Counted from the whole stretch's first letter, positions 11,769-26,032 are shown. The stretch is DNA of 63,649 nucleotides, filler included, from Octopus bimaculoides (GCF_001194135.2; 8 parts of 6 records of this genome joined end to end with filler, not necessarily neighbours in it), one strand, 5' to 3'. A program made the numbers and translations. The notes: a model not told the origin generated them from the sequence alone.

Positions 11769-12509
11769 ATGTATGTATGTATGTATGTATGCATTCATGT
11801 ATTGTTGAAGGGACTGTGTGTGTCGAAACCCATGGATTAGGATCAAACGCGTGTCTCAGTTTAACTGTATTGCCATTGGTAATGATCTAACACTCAATAA
11901 ATACAGCATGAACAGTACGGTGTTCTAAATTGTGTTTTCTTGACAAGGAAAACCCAGGTGACCAGGAATCAAAAGTAAACAGGTAATATTGGACATATTC
12001 TTGACAGTTGTGTTACTGCAAATAGCGTTGTGTCAAATTCATATGTCGTCAGGCTTTGGATTGCAATAATTTCCATTTTACATCATTAACTTTTTTAAAT
12101 GCAATAAAACATGTAACATCAAAGTCTCTTGATGCATCAAATCAGCATACGCCTATTGAGAAAGCCCATCAGAATAGCCATTACATTATACATGTTTCAT
12201 GGATTGCGAATTTGCATTAAAATAATTAAGTGAAATGTAGAACAATATAATATCATTATTTCTGATTACTTTGTTAATTTTATTTACATGAAATATACAG
12301 GTTTACATTCATTGTGGACGACCACATTTATTGTAAAGGATTGTAAGCAGAAGGATTCTACGACGAAGCTTCACATAACTCAATTGGATCTGTAAGCGGA
12401 ATGAAATTCTCTCCGAAATGCTTCCCTCACTATGTAATGGCCGGTCTCATTTGCACACGGCCGCCAGCTTTAGCAAGTAGATATCTCCCTCTCCTTCCCC
12501 GTCTGTCTT

Positions 12510-12604
<95 letters not shown>

Positions 12605-12779
12605 CTCTCGCTCGCTCGTTCTCTCCGTATGTACGCACATTATATCTATTTTGATGTAAGGTTTTATAGAGAATCAACAGGACATTAAATTAAAGAATCA
12701 CTCAATGCTTTACAGTATTGCGCAAATGTTTTTTATTTTCAAAAGAAGCTGAGAGTGACCTCGAAGTTTCGACTTCCTC

Positions 12780-13178
12780 AGCGAAATTGTTCATGGTGAG
12801 TAATCCGAAATTCTGGTGTCACCATCGATCTTTCCTTTGTTTTCTTCCAGCCAAGACTTGAATCCCATTGACTATGCCATATGACACAAATTTGAATACT
12901 CCACCAATAGAACTTCACATCTGAGTGTTGATCATCTTAAGCCAGTCCTGAGGGAAGAGTGTGACATGTCTGAGTGCTTCACCATGAAGAGTTGTGACGC
13001 CTTCAGACGGCGTTTGAAGGCTGTGTGTACAATGAAGGCGAACATATTGAATAAATTGTCTCTTCATATCCCCAAAAACTTGTGTTGAAATTATGTTCAT
13101 GCCAGCTTGCTGGTTGTTGCAAAATAAACAATTTGGTGAATTATCTATTATTTTCCAAGATTTGGTTCCCAACCCTGT
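12780..13178 (+). mobile_element. Tc1/mariner-superfamily (maT/DD37D-like) transposase remnant, 3' end with TIR
   Basis: Frame reads SSQDLNPIDYAI*HKFEYSTNRTSH...FRRRLKAV, like the SPDLNPLDY third-Asp motif; ends ttggttcccaaccctg-TA. Confidence 0.7.
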
Positions 13179-13257
13179 ACATATGTATGCATGTAGTTAA
13201 AAGTAAATAAGTACAGTGGTTCTATATTTGTGATTGAATAAATATTTATTTTAGGAA

Positions 13258-13405
13258 AGCTGTGAGTTGGCAGAATAGTTAGCGTTCCAGGTAAAATGCT
13301 TAGCAGCATTTTGTCAGTCTTTACGTTCAAATTGCGACTAGTTTCTCGTTGCTTTTGGGGGTCGATAAAATACATCGAGTCGATGTAATCGACTTATTCC
13401 CTCCA
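13258..13405 (+). mobile_element. SINE family B, degenerate
   Basis: gagttggcagaatagttagc...aaatgcttagc...ggggtcgataaaata. Confidence 0.65.
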
Positions 13406-14518
13406 TCCAATTGAATATTAAAAGCAAAAAAATTGAAAATTCGAACGCGGCATCAAGGTATTAATAACCTTCTTCACTGTCATTTTTCCTTAATTAATTT
13501 TATTTATTTACTTATTTATGTGTATTTGCTAGAAGCATTTTCTCTAATTGTATTAGTGTTATACACAATAGCAAATAGATGCCATTAATACATAATATTT
13601 CGTGTGCAAAATTTATTGAAACACTGCAGAACTGATGTTTTGTTGTTTATGAATGAATATTTATTTGAATGTGTGTCACACAGGTTAATTTCATTATATA
13701 TTGATGTTGCCTCATAATTTTAGCGTAAATTTGGATTAAAGAAGCTAACTCTTGATTGGTTGTCTCTGTATGAAAAAGAATGAGCAAGACTAAACGAAAA
13801 GGGAATTTTGAAGACGTGACAACACGTATATGATTATGGAACATTATTGTTAATGGCGCGACGTAAGGGTGAAAATCTTCTTAATAAGAACAAAATAGCA
13901 TTGTATGAAAAACATCGAAAACTCACAGCTTTGTTCTAGAGATTCTAACCTTTTGCTGTAGATGCATTATTGGTAGGTATTTGTTATATTGTATGAAGCG
14001 ATTGAGTGATTGTCTTACGGTGGTAACTATTTCGATTAATGACTTTTAACACAAAAGAGACTGTAGCGATGATTATTTGATTGAATATGGAGAATCGTTA
14101 ATATCGACTGCCTTTACACCAAAAAGAAAACACTGGCCTCCTGCCTAAACCAGGAACCCTTAAAAATTAAATAAGATTGAATAAAATATCAAATGAACTC
14201 ATCTGCAAACATATCACCGACAAACAGACAACAATAGCTAAAACTAAAATCTTGTTTGTTTATCGATTTGAGAAAGAACTTCCTTCATTTCAATTTGTAC
14301 CCTTTTCAATTTCAAGATTTCCATTGTTCCCCTTTTTTCATTCTTGTTCATCTTTTCACCATTGATTGTTCGAGATTCTGTAATTCATAAATCTATTTTT
14401 TACAACTATCACAGCTTTGATGATTGTTGGTATCTTTTATGAAACTTGTTTGGAAACGTGAGTGATTGTGTATGTATGTATGTATATATATATATGTGTG
14501 TATGTGTGTGTGTGTGTG

Positions 14519-14603
<85 letters not shown>

Positions 14604-14682
14604 AAATTTCTCATCCGACGATCCATTGTTACGTTTGATATTCTCCTGTGAAACAAGCGTTTTTATTTTTCATGTTATATCT

Positions 14683-14733
14683 TATCAACACTGTGTATTT
14701 ATCAACACTGTGTATTTATCAACACTGTGTATT
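14683..14733. repeat. 17-bp tandem repeat x3 (tatcaacactgtgtatt)
   Basis: Three perfect copies, direct reading. Confidence 0.9.
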
Positions 14734-17134
14734 TAATCCATTTTTTTTCTAAATATTCATTTGTTATAGTTAATGTCTATCAGTATGTCTTTCTCTATGT
14801 TGACCTTCGAAGAAGAATTTTGTTTTCAGAATTAGTATTAATATTATTTCTAATTATACATTATTCATAATCGTGTTTACAAAGAATTACATTATTTAAC
14901 TGAAGTATTTATCAAACTTATCCGTAACTTTATAGTAAAATCTGTTAACTTCTTATTGAGAGATTTGGCTGTTTGTGTTTAGGTTCGAAACAGCTATATT
15001 TGATTTCATAATTTTTAATGTTAATATGTCATTTTGTATGACCTTATCACATGTTTATTGACGCAGAATACACGGAACACTAATTCAGTGTCAAAGGTTA
15101 TTATCCAAATTTAAATGGACTCAAACTTGAATTTAAAACAGTGTCAAAAGATTATACTGTCTCCGATAAGATCAAGATTAACTTCTTGAGACGTATTTGA
15201 TAGATCGCACTTGTTCTCAAATATTTGGAGATAGAAAATCAATAGAGTCACAGAAAGAATGGCCAGACAATTGTAACATTTTGGATACTCCTGTCCACAA
15301 AATAAGTGTTATTTTAATCATTTTCGACACTCTACTGTGTACACTAACATAGATAAAATGAAGATTTTACGATCTGTGAATGGAAAGGAACAACAATGTT
15401 CCTTTTCCGAAAACTATTGGGGCAAAATACCTTGCACAATACTATAACATGACCTCAACTTGAAATTCACAGAACTCTATCCGAAAGAAATAAAATTAGA
15501 CTTACAAAAACATTGACGAAGATTGGAATTAGCATTAACGTTTAGAATTGGAACAGCAATTTCTATTTATGTAATAGTTCAAGACAAAAACCAACCACGG
15601 AGCACACTGTACTCATAAAGACACACACGACAAACGCGACACACAGAGGTTCATACACTCAGTGCAAATCTCCCTACACATGGACCGTTTCACATTTCTT
15701 TAGGCTACTCAGATGGTAAAAATAAGTAACTCATCGACAGACCTGTGTACCGATAAAGAAGCACACTCTAAAGCATGAGAACTGTAATGTATTCTTCGGG
15801 AAGTTAAAAGTTAAGGCCGGCCAAAGTGTGAGCAATGGTTTCAGACCTATAAAGTGCTTAGCTGTAAACGCTCTCGCTAGAGCCATATGGCTGAAGGCGT
15901 ATAACCACTTTAGAAATTGGAGGAGGAAATACGTAAGAGTCTGTTGGTTTTCTAAGCAAAAAATAATTGTCCATGCTGCAGGTGAAACAGGTTTAGCGTA
16001 AACAGATTTAGCAGACCATATTTAGCGGAACGAGGTTGTACGCCTCTCATTGGCTCTGGTCGCGGCGATATTCTTCGAAGGATCTGTGGAGGGACTATTC
16101 AATGAATGGAAATCCAAGATCTGAAGTGGGAAACATTTTAGATAGGGGCATTGACTGAATATTTATTTCCTTGCGTTTAAAAATGTCCCCTGATCGGACG
16201 AGTTTTTTTTTTTTTGGGGGGGGGGTTCTTGCCTTCTCTGCCAAGGAACACTTACATCATTTGCTCTCATTTATATAAACCCACGGTTATTCAAGGATTT
16301 TCCATTTATGTATGGGGTTCCTTCTTCTTTTAAGTGCCATGTGTTTGGACACGAATGTGACGTCGCACCTTCTTGATAGTCCTAAAAGAGGGCTTATGGT
16401 TCTCCAGCCGTTGCGTAAACGGTGATGCGGCTGAACCGGAGTTTTTTCCTGTCTGTGTATTGAATGTGCTACCGCCGGCAACGTTTATTTCGCTAACTCT
16501 GGGTCTGATGTCACGGTTGTTGGTGCTGGAGTCGCAGACGGTGCTGATATTTCTAGACATGATTCTGGTGAATCCGTTGTTACTGGCGTAGCAACCATTC
16601 AGTCAATGCTCTCATATAAAACATTTCCTACTTCAGATTTCGAAAACCCCGTTACGCCTGCAGCACAGACATTTATTTTCTGTTTACGAAACCAACTGAA
16701 CGTTGAGTATTTCTTCCTCCAGTTTCTAGAGATGCAATGTGCCTTCAGTCATTTGACGCTCACTAGTTGCCTATACTGCTAAAGCTTTAATAGGTGTGAA
16801 ACCAATGGTCACTCTATGACCGGACATAACCTTTAACTTCCCAAGTAATATATATATATATGGAAATGGATGAGTGAAATTTCCTTTGTTTACAGTTAAC
16901 ACGGAAAATGCAATAAACAGCTACCAGGGTAACAAAATTTACGCACGTAATAAGGATGCAGCAATGTTGTCTTCGAAACATATGTCAGAAGTAAAAGAAT
17001 TTAAATAACACCTGCGTTTAACTCCATATATATATATATATATATATATNNNNNNNNNNATATATAATGTAGTTGTATGCTGTCAACTTAATGTCATAGT
17101 CCCCTGAAGTGAATAATACTACTGTTGGTTAGAC

Positions 17135-17350
17135 CTAGGAAGCTGCACCACTTCCTGTTAGACTTGACACATTTCCTGTGTCCTTATGTTTACAAAGGGG
17201 AGAGAAGCACCTCCACTTAGGAAAGTAAGCCTGCATCCAGAGGCATGCTTCTGAGTCTTTGCTCGTCATCGGTCTGGAGTAGCAATGGCCTGCTAGTCGG
17301 ATATGCCTGTCAAGCTCTCGTAAACGTATAATAATTCTAGTGAAACACAT
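17135..17350 (-). mobile_element. Degenerate LINE RT C-terminal remnant
   Basis: RHIRLAGHCYSRP...LW resembles the RRL(R/Q)xAGHC...LW motif of RTE-group LINEs. Confidence 0.35.
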
Positions 17351-18411
17351 TCACTGATTTATATATATATATATATACATATGGTAAGACCTCTGTGAAG
17401 CCTTCAAAAACTACAACTCCAGGTAAAGACAAGAAATCAGTCGAATGAGAATGAGTTGAAGTTATGAAACTATAAAGGTCGAGATGATTGTCAGAGATAT
17501 TTCGCGGTGAGTCAGAAAAGCGGTGAGGTGGTGTTGAGCCAAAATAGGGGCTCAATATTTACAGATGTGGCTGGGGTTTAGATCTTCATGAAGTACATGT
17601 TTAAATAGGTGCAATACATAACTTTGGCCTCAGAAGAATATTCACGTGTGGCCTTTTATGAAAGCATAATAAAATATCTAAAAACTGTGTTCGATGATCA
17701 AACTTAGTTTCATACTAATGTTATATTTTCCTAACTATAATGCCAATAATATTGATATTTTGTACTGAATAGTAATTATGATATCTGCTTTTTACACATT
17801 TTACCAATTTCAAAACTCTCTTAAATTGAACTTGGAAGTAAATGGATGGGATGGCGGTGGACAAGAAAATTATAAAATGGTAACGTGCTATAAATATATT
17901 TCCTCACTGTTATATTAATTTATCTTTCAATTTAATTATGCAATTTTGTTTTTAATTGTATTAATATATGTAATTACATTAGTGTGTCACGTTCAATGGC
18001 AATTAGATGTAAATAATGTATATCAATTCATTCACAGGTAGGAAATTATTGTGTAGTAGTATGTCTTCAAGATGCATACATATATCACATACAGGTTCGT
18101 ATCAATTAAGCGTTATATAAAATTATATAAAATTAAGCGTTATATGAAAGTGGTGAGTTGTCCTATTAGTTAAAGTGTTGGAAAAAACGGTTTTGCGGCA
18201 TTTTTCTTTACGTCGTGGGCCGAACTTCTGTCGAAGAACATTTCAATCTTTCGGTAATAATTACTCTGTTCGATGGTATTGACTCACCGCCGATCATCAA
18301 AATAACCGGCCTGATGCCTTAATGAGAAACCGTTAAAAACTCTCACATGACTTATACGTGCTTGGCACACCTGAAGAATGAATGGCAGCATAATATCACT
18401 TCATACTGGTT

Positions 18412-18605
18412 TCAACTTTTGGCATATAGTCAGCATGTTCGGGTGGGGGGAACACGATTACATCGACATCAGTCTTCAAGTGGTACTTTTTTTATTGACC
18501 CAGATGAAAGACAAAGTCGACTTCGGCAGAATTTGAACTCAGAACGATAAGACGGACGAAATGCCGCTACGCATTTTGCCCGGTGAGTTAAAGATTCTAC
18601 CAGCT
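18412..18605 (-). mobile_element. SINE family B
   Basis: gatttacatcgac-like start, then aaagtcgacttcggcagaatttgaactcagaacg...gaaatgccgctacgcattttgcccgg; matches 52064-52272. Confidence 0.75.
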
Positions 18606-19517
18606 CATAGTTTTAATACCACCTCATGTTAAATAATAAAATGTTGCGGGTCTTCTTGAAGCATCCCATACTATTACCTTAAAATCGTTAGCGTAATGGT
18701 AGATATTCGAATTTTGTGCTTAGATGAAATAGGTTGTTCATTGTTTATGTAGTGAATTATTTGTATTAATGACGTTAAATACAAAATGTCTGTAGCCGAA
18801 AAATTGCGTGTAATTGTTTATGAAATTAAATAAGATTCGATCAAGTTTCAAATTATCTCATCTGACAAGAAATGACCGAGGAACTTACAAATTTACTAAA
18901 CCAGGAAATCTTTTGTTTCTTTATTTTCATTTTATAAATAGACGGAAATGTTTTCCAATCGTTCTTTTCAATTTGATTATCTTTTCATTGTGTTATATTT
19001 TGCAGCCAGTAACAATTTTTTTCAAGACTTTGTGAATTATAGATCTATTCTCTAGTTATCTCAACAGTAATGATTGTCAAATTTTTATGAATACTTTTCT
19101 CATTTAAAATTATTTGCGTATGCATAAATTTCTGACCCGCTGATGCATTCTTATATCTTAAACCTGATACTCTCTTGGCTTAAAACCATTTTGTTTTCGT
19201 TGTCTTCTCTTCAACAATTATATATTCGACACTTAACTCTCATTCAGAGATGCATCCGATAATGGTATGTTCAATTTATCTTAAAGCTAATATCTCGTCA
19301 AGAGAATTGCAATCACATGTTTTTGACGACGAAATAAATCAGACGGAAAATCATGAGAAATCAGAAGACGATGTCATGCGAAATTTTATTATTTATGTTC
19401 TGATTTAAACGGCTTCATCGCAGAATTTCCGCCATAAATTGTCGATAAAAAATACATTGTTTCTGATGAAGCGATCGAGATTAAATATCTAGAGAGTTTC
19501 ACACACACACACACACA

Positions 19518-19572
<55 letters not shown>

Positions 19573-20243
19573 GCACGCACGCACGCACACACGTATATAT
19601 AAGTATACACCTCTATATGCATACATACATACACACATATATATATATATATATATANNNNNNNNNNNNNNNNNNNNNNNNNNNNNNNNNNNNNNNNNNN
19701 NNNNNNNNNNNNNNNNNNNNNNNNNNNGTGTTTGTGTGTAAACGTTATTAGTTTGATGTGTAGATAGAATTAATAGTAATTCGTGAACGTTGAAAAATCA
19801 TTGTGACAATTGTTTATTCCTTTCAGAAATGCGCAGGATACTTATTTCTTTAAAAATGACAGTGATCGGGAAGCTAATTTGCAGGTATATGAGATCATGT
19901 TTAACGTTCTAGAATGCAGCAAAGCAGAAATAAAACTAAGACCTAAAAATACGTAAATGGGATGTCACTTCAGAATTGGGCTTTCAAAATTTATTGAAGC
20001 ACAAATCCCTTATACGATAGACTAATACGACAAACTCGTTTTGTGTAGCTCTCAAAGCATACAGACAATATAGCTTGTGCCAGGATTAACATTTGTAGTA
20101 ATCATTGCTGTAATAGCAGTATCTTCTGGATATTTATTAGCTTCAAACACACGTGTTAAAATGCGCATGTGCACTCACACATTAATACTCAAAATATAAT
20201 CTCCCTACCCATCACGTTCTTTCTACATCTGTCTATTTATGTC

Positions 20244-20288
<45 letters not shown>

Positions 20289-20771
20289 CCACACACACAC
20301 ACACACACAAACACACACAAACACAGACACAAAGACAAACACACATATGTATTAGGTTTTTAACACAGTAACTGGTTTATTCACGGTTTATATACATTAA
20401 GCATAACATTAACACCACTCATTGATATTTGCGTTGGTCTGATGTCAAAAAGCATCATCAGTCCAGCAGTTATCAGGATTCAGGGTTTTTATGAGAAGAT
20501 TAACAGTGAAAGGACCTCATCTTCTTTGGGTCTGTTGCAGAGTCAGTGAGCGGGCTTGTTCCAGAGGCAATTACCTGATATGTTAATTAACTCATAGCTG
20601 GGACTCTGACAGGTATTAATTCCTCTGATCAGTGTAGACATGGGTAAAATAGTGGCTGAGATGGTGTTTCACACTCCTCGAAACCCTAAAACATCCGAGC
20701 CAGGACCCCATTACCAGCTGCAGTAAAGGCATAGTCAACCCTAAAAACCATTAAATATATATGTATATATG

Positions 20772-20812
<41 letters not shown>

Positions 20813-21308
20813 AACCGACTAAGGGCTAAAATATCCGTATATACCATCGGTATCCGTTACCAGTGTTATCCCCGGGCATTGCGGTGCAGGCACACACTAT
20901 GCATGTAGAGTGCAGATAACAACAGGATAAACAAGAGTTTATCAGGAAACAATTATAAATAATCAGACTGACCTCGTAACTCCAAGATGGCAGATTATAT
21001 GTTTTTAATTTATTGAGCTTCTAGACTTCTTTTCTAGGCCATGTTTCCTTTCCTATTTCTTCTTCTTTTTGTTCATATTGGACGCTCTTCATTTTTACTC
21101 CGTTCCTTAATTCGAATGTCCTATGAAGCTGAAAAATTTCATTTTCGCAATTATGTATAGACAGTGTTTGGCAACGGATGCGGAAACGACCTTAAGCTTT
21201 GTTACGGCGCTACTATGTTACGTCATACTTTGTATTTAAAAAAAATAAGCTATAAATGTGGTCCAGTCAAGGTGTTTGTTGATCTGAGGTTTTGTCCATT
21301 TTCTAACT

Positions 21309-21352
<44 letters not shown>

Positions 21353-23182
21353 TGGAAGGTTTGGAGGTGNNNNNNNNNNTATATATATATATATATATAT
21401 ATATACACGAGCATGTACGTATTTGTTTTCGCTTCTCTATTTACTAGCGTACGCCATGAGTTGTATCTGTTGTTTATGTCAAACCGAAACATATTGGCCT
21501 AATAAATGTCGCGAATAAAGTACAGAATTGGAATAGTTACTGTGGTTGATATTATACACGCAAACTTAGCATAACTGCCGTTGAAATGTGAAAGTATTGT
21601 TACCACAATCGCAATCACATGTTATTCGTCGCAGAATAAATCAGATGTTTTCTTGCACACCGAGCCTTCCTTGTTCCTAAATTGCTTCGGACAAGAAAAG
21701 ACTATCTACCACATCGCCATCTGAAACCTATAGCATGTTCAATGACGGCATATACAAATAAAGAAGCATTAATCTATTTTCCTTAAGATTAATATATAAT
21801 ACTTATCTTCAGGGCTTAATGGTAGGAATCTTCGACGAGGCCATTTATATTTGGCGAAAAACGATGAAAATATGTGATCTTCATTTAATATGATATTCAT
21901 GTGATGATATTTGAGATTTTAAATTAAGATAAAATTGAACATATAAATATCAAACAATATTACAAGCGTCTTTATCTTATAATTTGATATTGAAATTGAA
22001 AACAAATAAGGATATGTAATGGACAAACAGACTTTGCTATACCGTTTGTGATAAGAGTGTGAAACGTTTGAAGTCAATACGTATCATTTTTTAATACATG
22101 TATTATTTCTTTACAAAACAGAACGGAAAACATAATTAACAATTAACATTAACACTAATTACTCAGGAAACAAAGCGTCATTTGACGGTGGGTATTCGGG
22201 GTGGAACAGGCATTGATAAATAATTTCTGTAATAAATTAATCATACTGAAAAAATCTGGATATATTTAAAAAGAAATATTTAAAAATATAAAATTGTTTA
22301 AATGTAGGAGATTGCCAAACGAAAATTATAGTAATGAAATGAATCATGAATCGAGAAATTTGTGCTCCATTAAATATTTTCAGAAATGCACATGGTACTT
22401 AAAGACGGAGCATTCCAAGAAATTTCAGAAAGACGCACATTTACAATGATGAATACATGAAGATAATTCAAGAAACAGTTAAAATGTTTAACTTGCAAAA
22501 AAAAAAAAAAAAAAAGAAAACCGAAAAGAAAACAAGAAAAGAAAACCAGAAAAGAAAATCAAGATAAATGTGTTTAGTAAATTTCTGTTAATTCACAACA
22601 CAAAACAAAAACCGAAGAAGCGTTTCAATGGAGTTAGCTTCTTCTAGTTTCACTTTCCTGTAATTTGTTTTCAGATTAGACCACTCGAAACACGCTCCAA
22701 TTTTATTTAATTTAATTAACATTCCGTGTCTCAACCTCTCTTGTTAAACCTCATAAATACAAGTCAAAGAACAAAGAAATGCTAGAGTAGGACTGACCTA
22801 GGGTTAAAAGCAATCAACAAAGCTTCGTCTAATGCTACGCCATAATATTTATCATTATTGTATCGATCGTTGGAGAACTCTCACAGCAGAAACATTGGGT
22901 AAACAGTGATATTTTGCTATTTCACACCTGCCCACCATGACAATTAATAAGCTGTTAAAAAGTCATATGCCTATAAGCACATCTATAAATTGCGCATTTT
23001 GCTCAAACTCTCCCTACTTATCCCTCCATCTTACAGTCTTGTCCCCAACTCCATGTGTTTCTGCATATTTTCCTAAAGCCTCTATAACCCGCACCAAAAA
23101 TGAAAAAAAACCACGCACACAGAAGCTGAACGCGAATTAGTTTCTCTCTCTAATATCCTCTGGAAACAGGATTTAAATAACA

Positions 23183-23261
<79 letters not shown>

Positions 23262-24539
23262 ATGTGTGTGTGTATGTGTGTGTGTGTGTGTGCGCGCACG
23301 CGCGTATATATATTTACCCTTCATCCTTTCAGAGTCGATAAAATAAATACCAGTTGGGAACTGGGGTAGAGGCAACCGATTTACCCCCTCCCTTGAAATT
23401 ACTGGTCCCGTGCCATAATTTGAAATCAATATATGATACTTTTTAAACCAGCGTGAAACTAAAAGAGTGTATAAAAAAAGAATAACTTTCACACAACGTT
23501 TCATGTGAACGACTAAACGTTACGGTGTTACGTATTTCTGACACTGAATTGCCGCTGTGAATAATACTAATGTCATTAGAGAATATTTTCGTAAAATATT
23601 TAAATACTTAATTACAATAGGTCGTAAGGATATAATTTAATACGAGATTATTAGTATTTTAAAAAATTTCAAAATTTCAAATGAATTTAGGAAGCTTTTA
23701 AAAATAAATGACTGAGAAAAAATATAATAACTCTATTGTTTTAGTGCACGTGATCCTCTCTGTTGGCTCGGTGCACTTACTACGCAAAAGTAATTAGTTT
23801 TAGGAGTAGAATATTCATGCTTGTTACTGGCAGTTGGTTTTCACCATCCTTATTAATTACTACAAGTCGGAGGCCATACGCAAACAAAGAAAAGATGCTA
23901 AATAAACAAATATTTCTTAATCTGCAAAATAGGCATCTTGTACAGGAACACTTAAACTGCTGGAAATATTAGCGTATCATTTTAAAGTGATTCCAAGCAG
24001 TAATATCTGAGAGCGTGATAAGTTTCTTTCGGCTGGGATTCTCAAGTTTAAACTTCGACAATATATTCTTACCAATTCGAATATAAAAGGATCTGTTGAG
24101 AAATATTTGTTCAACTGTAAATATAGATTTAATCTAGAGTCCCATATAAATATTTACTTCTATATACATGTATGTGTGTGTGGGTGTATTTGTGTTTGTA
24201 TACATAGGCACAAACACAGACACAGGCACATACACACATATATATATATATATATATANNNNNNNNNNNNNNNNNNNNNNNNNNNNNNNNNNNNNNNNNN
24301 NNNNNNNNNNNNNNNNNNNNNNNNNNNNNNNNNNNNNNNNNNNNNNNNNNNNNNNNNNNNNNNNNNNNNNNNNNNNNNNNNNNNNNNNNNNNNNNNNNNN
24401 NNNNNNNNNNNNNNNNNNNNNNNNNNNNNNNNNNNNNNNNNNNNNNNNNNNNNNNNNNNNNNNNNACACACACACACATATATATACACACACACACACA
24501 CACACAGTAGCATATCTATGAATATATGTGTGTATATAT

Positions 24540-24965
24540 ATGTACAAAATGGGACAAGAACGCAAAACATCCAGACAGGTGATAGCTGAAAGGAACAACT
24601 AAACATCCAGACAAAGAAAACAAGGACGGGTCAATCGGAATTTTCTTTCCTTAGTCGAGTTCAAGATTATCCTTGCAATTTCGGCTGGTTATACTCGAGA
24701 TTGCTCCAATCTGGCCAGCCCCAAGGAAAAACTAAGCTAAGAGCATTAGATTCCTTGGAAGAAAGCAGCAAATGTATACGAAAACAAGGACAGAAAAAAG
24801 GAGAAAGTTACGCAAATACAAATAACAGGACGTAACAACAGGTGTCTTTCGACTAAGGACAAATTAAATTAAGATGGCGTGTGTGGAAGTAAAGCCACAC
24901 GGCAGAGATACAAGATTTCACAGGCACAGGGAAGAATATAGATGTTGCACGGACAACGGCGGAAC
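24540..24965. mobile_element. Unclassified interspersed repeat
   Basis: Non-microsatellite block after a (CA)/(TA) tract, with an internal 10-bp inverted pair ccttagtcga/tcgactaagg. Recalled as repeat-like; not verified. Confidence 0.3.
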
Positions 24966-25248
24966 CAAGAGAGAAAAGTCAGGCTTGGCCGAACACTAGT
25001 CACGTGGGGAGAGAAGAGAGGCAGATGGACAGAAGAAATAAGGAGGGGCGAGAAAAAATGGCAGGGACACAGTGAATTGAAAAGAAGAGGGAAAGTGAGC
25101 ATGAAGAGAAGGCAATGAAATCTGAGAGAGGGGGAACGAAAGAACGAAGTGTGGAATGAACGAAATACGCATGAAAGGGCTGATAGAATGAAAGAAAGAA
25201 TAAAAGAAAACAAGAATAGAGTCGTACAAGATTTAAAAGAATATAGTG

Positions 25249-25282
<34 letters not shown>

Positions 25283-25781
25283 NNNNNNNNNNNNNNNNNN
25301 NNNNNNNNNNNNNNNNNNNNNNNNNNTTAATTAATTAANNNNNNNNNNNNNNNNNNNNNNNNNNNNNNNNNNNNNNNNNNNNGTGTGTGTGTATGTGTGT
25401 ATATATATATATATATTCCGTAGATGATTGAATTTTTTTCTTTGTAGTAGTAGTAATAGTAGTAGTAGTGGTAGTAGTTGTAGTGGTAGTAGTAGTAGTG
25501 GTAGTGGTAGTGGTGGTTGTGTTAGTACTCCAAGGTATAGTTACGGTACATCTCTCCTCCTTCCTCTCCGTCAATGCTCTCTCCCTACGTCTCACAAGTT
25601 ACATACATACACACATATATACACACATATATACATATATATTTTTTTTCCTTCTCAAAAATTCTTCCTTTGCACTCGTTAAGTTTCTTTTCTCCCTCAT
25701 CAATCACTCTTTCTTCCTCCTTTTGCTCTCTCTCTCCCCCTCTCTCTCTCTCTATCTCTCTCTCTCTATCTATCTCTCTTT

Positions 25782-26032
25782 CTCTTTCGTACCCCACACC
25801 TATTCTCTTCTATGTCTCCTGCCCTCACTCACGCCTTCTTTTTTGACCTCTCGTTCTCTGTTGTGTTTCTTTTTTTCTCTTTCTGTTTCCTCCCTTCTAT
25901 CGGTCGTTTTGACTCTCTTCTCATTCACTTAATCCCCCTATACACACATATATATATATATATACATATACAACTTTGCTTCATTCACTCTTTTTCTATC
26001 TAAACATTCTCTCTCGGCTTCTCTTTTTTTTT
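25782..26032. other. 251-bp segment identical to 29550-29800 (contig-end overlap)
   Basis: Identical by eye, including (TA)8 length; each copy abuts an N gap. Confidence 0.9.

Noticed and set aside
24871-24980. AAGATGGCG YY1/Kozak-like start with short ORF MACVEVKPHGR
   Set aside because: Lies in what appears to be an interspersed repeat; the ORF is short with no donor.
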